Positions 1 to 10,341 of a DNA stretch of 64,000 nt are shown in pieces. Position numbers and translations under genes: made by a program. The notes beneath the pieces were generated by a model, which was not told where the DNA came from, searched no databases, and saw nothing but the letters and a program-made list of their open reading frames with translations. Position 1 is the first letter of the stretch, and each line of letters starts with the position of its first letter. The DNA comes from Ranitomeya imitator (Eukaryota), in assembly GCF_032444005.1 (NCBI RefSeq), contig NC_091290.1, positions 139,252,001-139,316,000 of the forward strand, read 5' to 3'.

Positions 1-3000
1 AAACAAACTGGGAACCTCTGTCAGAAACGATGTTCTCCGGAATGCCATGTAAACGAACCACATGCTGGAAAAACAATGGCACCAAATCAGAGGAGGAGGG
101 CAACTTAGACAAGGGTACCAAATGGACCATCTTAGAGAAGCGATCACAAACCACCCAAATGACCGACATCTTTTGAGAGATGGGGAGATCCGAAATAAAA
201 TCCATAGAGATATGTGTCCAGGGCCTCTTCGGGACCGGCAAGGGCAAAAGCAACCCACTGGCATGAGAACAGCAGGGCTTAGCCCGAGCACAAATCCCAC
301 AGGACTGCACAAATGAACGCACATCCTGCGACAGAGACGGCCACCAAAAGGATCTAGCCACCAAATCTCTGGTACCAAAGATTCCAGGATAACCAGCCAA
401 CACCGAACAATGAACCTCAGAGATAACTCTACTCGTCCATTTATCAGGGACAAACAATTTCTCCGTTGGGCAACGGTCAGGTCTATTAGCCTGAAATTTT
501 TGCAGCACCCGCCGCAAATCAGGGGAGATGGCAGACAAAATTACCCCCTCTTTGAGAATACCCGCCGGCTCAGGCAAACCCGGAGAGTCGGGCACAAAAC
601 TCCTAGACAGGGAATCCGCCTTCACATTCTTAGAGCCCGGAAGGTACGAAACCAAAAAGTCAAAACGGGAGAAAAACAGCGACCAACGAGCCTGTCTAGG
701 ATTCAACCGTTTGGCAGGCTCGAGATAAGTCAAGTTCTTGTGATCAGTCAAGACCACCAAGCGATGCTTAGCTCCTTCAAGCCAATGACACCACTCCTCG
801 AATGCCCACTTCATGGCCAGCAACTCTCGATTGCCAACATCATAATTACGCTCGGCAGGCGAAAACTTCCTGGAAAAGAAGGCACATGGTTTCATCACCG
901 AGCCATCAGAACTTCTTTGCGACAAAACAGCCCCTGCTCCAATTTCAGAAGCATCCACCTCGACCTGGAACGGGAGCGAAACATCTGGCTGGCACAACAC
1001 AGGGGCAGAAGAAAAACGACGCTTCAACTCCTGAAAAGCTTCCACAGCAGCAGAAGACCAATTGACCACATCAGCACCCTTCTTGGTTAAATCAGTCAAC
1101 GGTTTAGCAATACTAGAAAAATTATTGATGAAGCGACGATAAAAATTAGCAAAGCCCAGGAACTTTTGCAGACTCTTCAGAGATGTCGGCTGAGTCCAAT
1201 CATAAATGGCCTGAACTTTAACAGGGTCCATCTCGATAGTAGAAGGGGAAAAAAATGAAACCCAAAAATGAAACCTTCTGAACACCAAAGAGACACTTTG
1301 ACCCCTTCACAAACAAAGAATTCGCACGCAGGACCTGGAACACCATTCTAACCTGCTTCACGTGCGACTCCCAATCATCCGAGAAGACCAAAATATCATC
1401 CAAGTATACAATCAAGGAATTTATCCAGGTACTCTCGGAAGATGTCATGCATAAAGGACTGAAATACTGATGGAGCATTGGAAAGTCCGAATGGCATAAC
1501 CAGGTACTCAAAATGGCCCTCGGGCGTATTAAATGCTGTTTTCCATTCATCGCCCTGTTTAATACGCACAATATTATACGCACCACGAAGATCTATCTTG
1601 GTGAACCAACTAGCCCCCTTAATCCGAGCAAACAAATCAGACAGCAGCGGCAAGGGGTACTGAAATTTGACTGTGATTTTATTTAGAAGGCGGTAATCAA
1701 TACAAGGTCTCAACGAACCATCCTTCTTGGCCACAAAAAAGAACCCTGCCCCCAATGGCGACGACGACGGGCGAATATGACCCTTCTCCAAGGATTCCTT
1801 TACGTAACTCCGCATAGCGGCGTGCTCAGGTACAGACAAATTAAACAGTCGACCTTTAGGAAACTTACTACCAGGAATCAAATCGATAGCACAATCACAA
1901 TCCCTATGCGGAGGTAGGGCACTGGACTTGGGCTCATCAAATACATCCCGGTAATCTGACAAGAACTCTGGGACCTCAGAAGGGGTGGATGATGAAATAG
2001 ACAGAAATGGAACATCACCATGTACCCCCTGACAACCCCAGCTGGACACAGACATAGATTTCCAATTCAATACTGGGTTATGGACTTGTAGCCATGGCAA
2101 CCCCAACACGACCACACCATGCAGATTCTGCAACACCAAAAAGCGAATATCCTCCTGATGCGCAGGAGCCAAGCACATGGTCAGTTGGGTCCAATACTGA
2201 GGCTTATTCTTGGCCAAAGGCATAGCATCAATTCCTCTCAATGGAATAGGACGCTGCAAGGGCTCCAAGAAAAACCCACAGCGCCTAGCAAACTCCAAGT
2301 CCATCAAATTCAGGGCAGCGCCTGAATCCACAAATGCCATGACAGAATAGGATGACAAAGAGCAGATCAAAGTAACGGACAAAAGAAATTTCGACTGTAC
2401 CGTACCAATGGTGGCAGAGCTAGCGAACTGCTTAGTGCGCTTAGGACAATCGGAGATAGCATGAGTGGAATCACCACAGTAAAAACATAGCCCATTCCGA
2501 CGTCTGTGTTCTAGCCGTTCAGCTCTGGTCAAAGTCCTATTACATTGCATAGGCTCAGGTTTATGCTCAGATAATACCGCCAAATGGTGCACAGTTTTAC
2601 GCTCACGTAAGCGTCGATCGATCTGAATGGCCAAAGACATAGACTCATTCAAACCAGCAGGCATAGGAAATCCCACCATGACATCCTTAAGGGCTTCAGA
2701 GAGACCCTTTCTGAAAATTGCTGCCAGAGCACATTCATTCCATTGAGTGAGCACAGACCACTTCCTAAACTTCTGACAATATATCTCTACCTCATCCTGA
2801 CCCTGACACAGAGCCAGCAAGATTTTCTCTGCCTGATCCACTGAATTAGGTTCATCATAAAGCAACCCGAGCGCCAGAAAAAACGCATCAATATCACATA
2901 ATGCAGGATCTCCTGGCGCAAGGGAAAATGCCCAGTCTTGAGGGTCGCCACGTAATAAAGAAATAATGATCTTTACTTGTTGAACTGGGTCACCAGAGGA

Positions 3001-3189
3001 GCGGGGTTTCCAAGCCAGAAATAGTTTACAATTATTTTTGAAATTCAGAAACTTAGCTCCATCTCCAGAAAATAACTCAGGAATAGGAATTTTAGGTTCT
3101 AACCTAGGATTCTGAACCACCAAATCTTGAATGTTCTGTACACTTATAGCGAGATTATCCATCAAAGAGGACAGACCCTGAATGTCCAT
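1..3189 (-). pseudogene. gag-pol of element A, frameshifted
   Basis: ATG at 3189 (MDIQGLSS). ORF 1396-3246 breaks at DKFL|DCILG. YLDD continues in frame 1218-1586. A second +1 shift lies in the T-run near 1250. Confidence 0.9.
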
Positions 3190-3314
3190 GTCTACACCTG
3201 TGTTCTGAACCACCCTGATGTCTAGGGGAAAAAAAAGACAAAACACAGTGCAGAGAAAAAAAAAATGGTCTCAGAACTTCTCTTTTCCCTCTATTGAGAA
3301 GCATTAGTACTTTG

Positions 3315-3324
3315 GGCCTCCAGT
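3315..3324 (-). promoter_or_regulatory. Self-priming primer-binding site of element A
   Basis: Minus-strand ACTGGAGGCC is complementary to LTR GGCCTCCAGT (minus, 10550-10559), 29 nt after TATTTAA. Confidence 0.8.
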
Positions 3325-4023
3325 ACTGTTATGAACAGGTGATTCAGAACCACAATGGACCTGGTGAATACGAGCACAGAAAATGACCTGATAGTTGCTA
3401 AACACATAGGACGAGCTCTGAGATGTGGGAACTCTGCTGACCGCAATCCCTAATCCTATCACACCACACTAGAGGTAGCCGTGGAGCGCTCCTGACCAGA
3501 CCTAGGCACCTCGGGCACAGCCTGAGAAACTAGCTAGCCCTGAAGATAGAAAAATAAGCCTACCTTGCCTCAGAGAAATTCCCCAAAGGAAAAGGCAGCC
3601 CCCACATATAATGACTGTGAGTAAAGATGAAAATACAAACACAGAGATTAAATAGATTTTAGCAAAGTGAGGCCCGACTTACTGAATAGACCGAGGATAG
3701 GAAAGATAGCTTTGCGGTCAGCACAAAAACCTACAAACAACCACGCAGAGGGCTGTTGTGGATTCTGTTTTTGGGCTCCCTCTGGTGGTTACAGATGTAC
3801 TGGGTGACTTGTGTTCTCTGCGGTCTCTGGTGTCCACCTGTTCTATCAGGATATGGGAGTTTCCTATTTAACCTGGCTTGCTTGTCATTTCCTCGCCGGC
3901 GATCAATGTAATCAGTGTGTCTTGTTACCTCTGCTTTCCGCTTCTGTAATCTTTTGTAATTCGGGGTTTCATCCTCGTTTTTCCTCTGGTCAGGTGGAAC
4001 CTTCTGATTGTCCTGGAGTGGAC

Positions 4024-4656
4024 ATGGTGGTGGATAGGTTGCATCAGATTTGGAGTCATGTGGTGGACAATTTGAAGTTGTCCCAGGAGAGGGCTCAGCA
4101 GTTTGCTAATCGCCGTCGCCGCGTGGGTCCTCGACTTCGTGTTGGGGACTTGGTGTGGTTGTCTTCTCGTTTTGTTCCTATGAAGGTCTCTTCTCCTAAG
4201 TTCAAGCCTCGGTTCATCGGTCCCTATCGGATCTTGGAAATTCTTAACCCTGTGTCGTTTCGTTTGGATCTCCCGGCATCGTTTGCTATTCATAATGTGT
4301 TCCATCGGACGTTGTTGCGGAGGTATGAGGTACCTGTTGTTCCTTCGCTTGAGCCTCCTGCTCCGGTGCTGGTGGAGGGAGAATTGGAGTATGTTGTGGA
4401 GAAGATCTTGGATTCTCGTGTTTCCAGACGGAAACTTCAGTATTTGGTCAAGTGGAAGGGTTATGGTCAGGAGGATAATTCTTGGGTGGTTGCCTCTGAT
4501 GTTCCTGCTGCTGATTTGGTCCGTGCATTTCATAGGGCTCATCCTGGTCGCCCTGGTGGTTCTCGTGAGGGTTCGGTGACCCCTCCTCAAGGGGGGGGTA
4601 CTGTTGTGGATTCTGTTTTTGGGCTCCCTCTGGTGGTTACAGATGGTACTGGGTGA
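4024..4656 (+). CDS. Putative stand-alone integrase C-terminus plus chromodomain ORF (210 aa) in the deleted tandem unit
   Basis: gacATGg at 4024 is in frame with ORF 3811-4656 and encodes GPY and the chromodomain. Expression is unknown. Confidence 0.35.
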   Translation: MVVDRLHQIWSHVVDNLKLSQERAQQFANRRRRVGPRLRVGDLVWLSSRFVPMKVSSPKFKPRFIGPYRILEILNPVSFRLDLPASFAIHNVFHRTLLRRYEVPVVPSLEPPAPVLVEGELEYVVEKILDSRVSRRKLQYLVKWKGYGQEDNSWVVASDVPAADLVRAFHRAHPGRPGGSREGSVTPPQGGGTVVDSVFGLPLVVTDGTG

Positions 4657-5351
4657 CTTGTGTTCTCTGCGGTCTCTGGTGTCCACCTGTTCTATCAGGA
4701 TATGGGAGTTTCCTATTTAACCTGGCTTGCTTGTCATTTCCTCACCGGCGATCAATGTAATCAGTGTGTCTTGTTACCTCTGCTTTCCGCTTCTGTAATC
4801 TTCAGGACAAGCTAAGTTTTTGATTTTCCTGTTCCACGTTTTGCTTTATTTTTTGTTTTAGTCCAGCTTGCAGTTATGTGATTCCTTGTTGCTGGTTGCT
4901 CTAGTGGGCTGATATGACTCCTCATGTTCCATGAGTTGGCACATGAGTTCAAGTAATTTCAGGATGGTTTTTTGTAGGGTTTTTCGCTGACCGCGCAGTT
5001 CACTTTTGTATCCTCTGCTATCTAGTTTTAGCGGGCCTCATTTTGCTGAATCTGTTTTCATTACTACGTATGTGCTTTCCTCTCATTTCACCGTCATTAC
5101 ATGTGGGGGGCTGCTATTTCTGTGGGGTGTTTCTCTGGAGGCAAGAGAGGTCTTTGTTTCTTCTAATAGGGGAAGCTAGTCCTTCGGCTGGCGTGAGACG
5201 TCTAGAATCATCGTAGGCACGTTCCCCGGCTACTGCTAGTGTTGTGAATTAGGTTCAGGATCGCGGTCAGCTCAGTTTCCATCACCCTATAGCTTGTTCT
5301 GTTTTTTTTGTGCTTGTCCTTTTGTGATCCCCTGCCATTGGGATCATGATA
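4602..5351 (+). repeat. Middle LTR of element B (750 bp)
   Basis: TGTTGTGG...CATGATA, preceded by a G-rich PPT. About 7 substitutions versus 9592-10341 by eye. Confidence 0.95.
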
Positions 5352-5353
5352 GT

Positions 5354-5362
5354 ATCGCCGGC
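5354..5362 (+). promoter_or_regulatory. Self-priming primer-binding site of element B
   Basis: ATCGCCGGC is the reverse complement of GCCGGCGAT at 9734-9742, 30 nt after TATTTAA. Confidence 0.8.
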
Positions 5363-5531
5363 CCGAAAAGTGGTAATCGTATTGGCTGAAGTAGGAGGAA
5401 AAGTAGTCTGAGGAAGTTTTTTTTTTTTTTTTTTTTCCTTCCCTCAGAGTTTGCTGCCTAGCCTTAATTGCAGCCTGGCTGCGTCTTACCTCCTCTTAAT
5501 CCTTGAATGGCTCTGACCTCAGCTGTTTATT

Positions 5532-8500
5532 ATGGACGTCCAGAGTTTGGCTTCCAGCCTGAATAATCTTGCTGCTAAGGTTCAAAATATACAAGATTTT
5601 GTTGTACATGCTCCTATGTCTGAACCTAGAATTCCTATCCCAGAGTTTTTTTCTGGAGATAGATCTAGTTTTCTGAATTTTAGGAACAATTGCAAGTTGT
5701 TTCTTTCTTTGAAATCTCGCTCCTCTGGAGACCCTGCTCAGCAAGTCAAGATTGTAATATCTTTCCTGCGGGGTGACCCTCAGAATTGGGCATTTGCATT
5801 GGCACCAGGGGATCCTGCGTTGCTCAATGTGGATGCGTTTTTTCTGGCATTGGGTTTGCTCTATGAGGAACCTAACCTAGAGATTCAGGCTGAAAAAGCT
5901 TTATTGGCTCTCTCTCAGGGGCAAGATGAAGCAGAAATATATTGTCAGAAATTTCGGAAATGGTCGGTGCTTACTCAGTGGAATGAGTGCGCCCTGGCTG
6001 CAAGATTCAGAGATGGCTTTTCTGAGGCCATTAAAGATGTTATGGTGGGGTTCCCTGCGCCTACAGGTCTGAATGAGTCTATGACTATGGCTATTCAGAT
6101 TGATCGGCGTTTACGGGAGCGCAAACCTGTGCACCATTTGGCGGTGTCTTCTGAACAGGCACCTGAGACAATGCAATGTGATAGAATTCAGTCCAGAAGT
6201 GAACGGCAAAACTATAGGCGGAAAAATGGGTTGTGTTTTTATTGTGGTGATTCAGCTCATGTTATATCAGCATGCTCTAAACGCACAAAAAAGGTTGATA
6301 AGTCTGTTGCCATTAGTACTTTACAGTCTAAGTTCATTCTGTCTGTGACTCTGATTTGTTCATTATCAGCCATTTCCGTCGATGCCTATGTGGATTCAGG
6401 CGCTGCCCTGAGTCTTATGGATTGGTCATTTGCCAACCGCTGTGGGTTTAGTCTGGAGCCTCTGGAAGTCCCTATTCCTTTGAAAGGAATTGACTCTACA
6501 CCTTTGGCTATGAATAAACCTCAGTACTGGACACACGTGACCATGCGTATGACTCCCGTTCATCAGGAGGTGATTCGCTTCCTGGTACTGTATAATTTAC
6601 ATGATGTCTTAGTGCTTGGTCTGCCATGGTTACAAACTCATAACCCAGTCTTGGACTGGAAAACGATGTCTGTGTTAAGCTGGGGATGTCAGGGGGTTCA
6701 TGATGATGCACCTCCGATTTCTATCGCTTCATCTACTCCTTCTGAGGTTCCTGTATTTTTGTCTGATTATCGGGATGTTTTTGAGGAGCCTAAGCTCAAT
6801 TCGCTTCCTCCTCACAGGGATTGCGATTGTGCTATAGATTTGATTCCTGGCAGTAAATTTCCTAAAGGTCGTTTGTTCAATCTGTCAGTGCCAGAGCATA
6901 CTGCTATGCGGGATTATGTTAAGGAGTCCTTGGAAAAGGGACATATCCGTCCATCTTCGTCTCCTTTGGGAGCAAGTTTTTTTTTCGTGGCCAAAAAAGA
7001 TGGTTCCTTGAGGCCTTGTATAGATTACCGTCTTTTGAATAAGATTACGGTCAAATATCAGTATCCTTTGCCTTTGTTGACTGATTTGTTCGCTCGCATT
7101 AAGGGGGCTAAATGGTTCACTAAGATTGATCTTCTGGGTGCGTATAATCTTGTGCGGATTAAGCAGGGTGATGAGTGGAAAACCGCATTTAATACGCCTG
7201 AGGGCCATTTTGAGTATTTGGTGATGCCTTTTGGACTTTCTAATGCTCCTTCTGTCTTCCAGTCCTTTATGCACGATATTTTCCGTGAATATCTGGATAA
7301 ATTTATGATTGTGTATTTGAATGATGTTTTGGTTTTTTCTGATGACTGGGAGTCCCATGTTCAGCAGGTCAGGAAGGTGTTTCAGGTCCTGCGGGCCAAT
7401 TCTTTGTTTGTGAAAGGTTCAAAGTGTCTCTTTGGAGTCCAGAAGATTTCTTTTTTGGGGTATATTTTTTCCCCTTCTACTATTGAGATGGATCCCGTCA
7501 AGGTTCAAGCTATTTGTGACTGGACGCAGCCTACATCTCTTAAGAGTCTACAGAAGTTCTTGGGCTTTGCTAATTTTTATCGTCGTTTCATAACTAATTT
7601 TTCTAGTGTTGTTAAGCCTTTGACGGATCTGACTAAGAAGGGTGCTGATGTTGCTGATTGGTCTCCTGCGGCTGTGGAGGCCTTTCAGGAACTTAAGCGC
7701 CGGTTTTCTTCTGCTCCTGTGTTGCGTCAGCCAGATGTTTTGCTTCCTTTTCAGGTTGAGGTTGATGCTTCTGAGATTGGAGCGGGGGCGGTTTTGTCAC
7801 AGAGAAGCTCCGATTGCTCGGTGATGAAGCCATGTGCGTTCTTTTCTAGAAAGTTTTCGCCCACTGAGCGGAATTATGATGTTGGTAATCGGGAGCTTTT
7901 GGCCATGAAGTGGGCATTTGAGGAGTGGCGTCATTGGCTTGAGGGTGCTAGACATCGTGTGGTGGTCTTGACTGATCACAAAAATCTGATTTACCTTGAG
8001 TCTGCCAAGCGTCTGAATCCTAGACAGGCTCGTTGGTCACTGTTTTTCTCCCGTTTCGATTTTGTGGTTTCATACCTGCCAGGTTCAAAGAATGTGAAGG
8101 CGGATGCTCTTTCTAGGAGTTTTGTGCCTGATTCCCCTGGAAATTCTGAGCCCACTGGTATCCTTAGGGATGGGGTGATTTTGTCCGCTGTCTTCCCAGA
8201 CTTGCGACGTGCTTTGCAGGAGTTTCAGGCGGATAAACCTGATCGTTGTCCGCCTGAAAGACTGTTTGTTCCGGATAATTGGACCAGTAGAGTCATCTCC
8301 GAGGTCCATTCTTCTGCGTTGGCAGGTCATCCTGGAATATTTGGTACTAGAGACTTGGTGGCCAGGTCTTTTTGGTGGCCTTCCTTGTCGAGGGATGTGC
8401 GTTTTTTTGTGCAGTCTTGTGAAGTTTGCGCTCGGGCTAAGCCTTGCTGTTCTCGGGCCAGTGGATTGTTGTCACCTTTGCCTATCCCGAAGAGGCCTTG

Positions 8501-9710
8501 GACGCACATTTCCATGGACTTTATTTCGGATCTCCCTGTCTCTCAAAAAATGTCCGTCATCTGGGTTGTGTGTGACCGCTTTTCTAAGATGGTTCATCTG
8601 GTCCCCCTGCCTAAGTTACCTTCCTCCTCTGAGTTGGTCCCTCTGTTTTTTCAGAACGTGGTTCGTTTGCATGGGATTCCGGAGAACATTGTTTCTGACA
8701 GGGGATCCCAGTTTGTGTCTAGATTTTGGCGGACGTTCTGTGCTAAGATGGGCATTGATTTGTCCTTTTCGTCTGCATTCCATCCTCAGACGAATGGCCA
8801 GACGGAACGAACTAATCAGACCTTGGAAACTTATTTAAGGTGTTTTGTTTCTGCTGATCAAGATGACTGGGTTACCTTTTTGCCGCTTGCCGAATTTGCC
8901 CTTAATAATCGGGCTAGTTCTGCTACCTTGGTTTCTCCTTTCTTTTGTAATTCGGGGTTTCATCCTCGTTTTTCCTCTGGTCAGGTGGAGCCTTCTGATT
9001 GTCCTGGAGTGGACATGGTGGTGGATAGGTTGCATCAGATTTGGAGTCATGTGGTGGACAATTTGAAGTTGTCCCAGGAGAGGGCTCAGCAGTTTGCTAA
9101 TCGCCGTCGCCGCGTGGGTCCTCGACTTCGTGTTGGGGACTTGGTGTGGTTGTCTTCTCGTTTTGTTCCTATGAAGGTCTCTTCTCCTAAGTTCAAGCCT
9201 CGGTTCATCGGTCCCTATCGGATCTTGGAAATTCTTAACCCTGTGTCGTTTCGTTTGGATCTCCCGGCATCGTTTGCTATTCATAATGTGTTCCATCGGA
9301 CGTTGTTGCGGAGGTATGAGGTACCTGTTGTTCCTTCGCTTGAGCCTCCTGCTCCGGTGCTGGTGGAGGGAGAATTGGAGTATGTTGTGGAGAAGATCTT
9401 GGATTCTCGTGTTTCCAGACGGAAACTTCAGTATTTGGTCAAGTGGAAGGGTTATGGTCAGGAGGATAATTCTTGGGTGGTTGCCTCTGATGTTCATGCT
9501 GCTGATTTGGTCCGTGCATTTCATAGGGCTCATCCTGGTCGCCCTGGTGGTTCTCGTGAGGGTTCGGTGACCCCTCCTCAAGGGGGGGTACTGTTGTGGA
9601 TTCTGTTTTTGGGCTCCCTCTGGTGGTTACAGATGGTACTGGGTGACTTGTGTTCTCTGCGGTCTCTGGTGTCCACCTGTTCTATCAGGATATGGGAGTT
9701 TCCTATTTAA
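5532..9710 (+). CDS. Gag-Pol polyprotein (gag, CCHC, protease, RT, RNase H, integrase, GPY/F, chromodomain) in a single open frame
   Basis: 1392 aa with CFYCGDSAHVISAC, VDSGA, RT (YLND variant), VDAS/TDHKNL/ADALSR, GHPG..C..C, MDF/SDRG/QTE, FIGPY and EYVVEKILDSR..YLVKWKGY. Confidence 0.95.
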   Translation: MDVQSLASSLNNLAAKVQNIQDFVVHAPMSEPRIPIPEFFSGDRSSFLNFRNNCKLFLSLKSRSSGDPAQQVKIVISFLRGDPQNWAFALAPGDPALLNVDAFFLALGLLYEEPNLEIQAEKALLALSQGQDEAEIYCQKFRKWSVLTQWNECALAARFRDGFSEAIKDVMVGFPAPTGLNESMTMAIQIDRRLRERKPVHHLAVSSEQAPETMQCDRIQSRSERQNYRRKNGLCFYCGDSAHVISACSKRTKKVDKSVAISTLQSKFILSVTLICSLSAISVDAYVDSGAALSLMDWSFANRCGFSLEPLEVPIPLKGIDSTPLAMNKPQYWTHVTMRMTPVHQEVIRFLVLYNLHDVLVLGLPWLQTHNPVLDWKTMSVLSWGCQGVHDDAPPISIASSTPSEVPVFLSDYRDVFEEPKLNSLPPHRDCDCAIDLIPGSKFPKGRLFNLSVPEHTAMRDYVKESLEKGHIRPSSSPLGASFFFVAKKDGSLRPCIDYRLLNKITVKYQYPLPLLTDLFARIKGAKWFTKIDLLGAYNLVRIKQGDEWKTAFNTPEGHFEYLVMPFGLSNAPSVFQSFMHDIFREYLDKFMIVYLNDVLVFSDDWESHVQQVRKVFQVLRANSLFVKGSKCLFGVQKISFLGYIFSPSTIEMDPVKVQAICDWTQPTSLKSLQKFLGFANFYRRFITNFSSVVKPLTDLTKKGADVADWSPAAVEAFQELKRRFSSAPVLRQPDVLLPFQVEVDASEIGAGAVLSQRSSDCSVMKPCAFFSRKFSPTERNYDVGNRELLAMKWAFEEWRHWLEGARHRVVVLTDHKNLIYLESAKRLNPRQARWSLFFSRFDFVVSYLPGSKNVKADALSRSFVPDSPGNSEPTGILRDGVILSAVFPDLRRALQEFQADKPDRCPPERLFVPDNWTSRVISEVHSSALAGHPGIFGTRDLVARSFWWPSLSRDVRFFVQSCEVCARAKPCCSRASGLLSPLPIPKRPWTHISMDFISDLPVSQKMSVIWVVCDRFSKMVHLVPLPKLPSSSELVPLFFQNVVRLHGIPENIVSDRGSQFVSRFWRTFCAKMGIDLSFSSAFHPQTNGQTERTNQTLETYLRCFVSADQDDWVTFLPLAEFALNNRASSATLVSPFFCNSGFHPRFSSGQVEPSDCPGVDMVVDRLHQIWSHVVDNLKLSQERAQQFANRRRRVGPRLRVGDLVWLSSRFVPMKVSSPKFKPRFIGPYRILEILNPVSFRLDLPASFAIHNVFHRTLLRRYEVPVVPSLEPPAPVLVEGELEYVVEKILDSRVSRRKLQYLVKWKGYGQEDNSWVVASDVHAADLVRAFHRAHPGRPGGSREGSVTPPQGGVLLWILFLGSLWWLQMVLGDLCSLRSLVSTCSIRIWEFPI

Positions 9711-10341
9711 CCTGGCTTGCTTGTCATTTCCTCGCCGGCGATCAATGTAATCAGTGTGTCTTGTTTCCTCTGCTTTCCCCTTCTGTAATCTTCAGGACAA
9801 GCTAAGTTTTTGATTTTCCTGTTCCACGTTTTGCTTTATTTTTTGTTTTAGTCCAGCTTGCAGTTATGTGATTCCTTGTTGCTGGTTGCTCTAGTGGGCT
9901 GATATTACTCCTCATGTTCCATGAGTTGGCACATGAGTTCAAGTAATTTCAGGATGGTTTTTTGTAGGGTTTTTCGCTGACCGCGCAGTTCACTTTTGTA
10001 TCCTCTGCTATCTAGTTTTAGCGGGCCTCATTTTGCTGAATCTGTTTTCATTACTACGTATGTGCTTTCCTCTCATTTCACCGTCATTACATGTGGGGGG
10101 CTGCTATTTCTGTGGGGTGTTTCTCTGGAGGCAAGAGAGGTCTTTGTTTCTTCTAATAGGGGAAGCTAGTCCTTCGGCTGGCGCGAGACGTCTAGAATCA
10201 TCGTAGGCACGTTCCCCGGCTACTGCTAGTGTTGTGAATTAGGTTCAGGATCGCGGTCAGCTCAGTTTCCATCACCCTAGAGCTTGTTCTGTTTTTTTTG
10301 TGCTTGTCCTTTTGTGATCCCCTGCCATTGGGATCATGACA
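9592..10341 (+). repeat. 3' LTR of element B (750 bp)
   Basis: TGTTGTGG...CATGACA after the PPT AAGGGGGGGTAC. Confidence 0.95.

Larger units (their letters stand above)
3754..10341 (+). mobile_element. Ty3/Gypsy chromovirus B with a three-LTR (partial tandem) structure
   Basis: Partial LTR 3754-~3953, duplicated pol 3' end ~3950-4601, LTR 4602-5351, gag-pol, PPT 9580-9590, LTR 9592-10341. Flanked by GAGGGC at 3748-3753 and 10342-10347. Confidence 0.95.

Noticed and set aside
5532-6300. Domesticated PEG10/RTL1-like host gene
   Set aside because: The gag resembles that lineage, but near-identical LTRs, a PPT and a TSD show it is a recent retrotransposon.
62-9581. Antisense or alternate-frame ORFs over gag-pol (e.g. 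410-1090, 3925-4686, 8835-9581)
   Set aside because: Shadow ORFs of the retrotransposon genes with no independent motifs.
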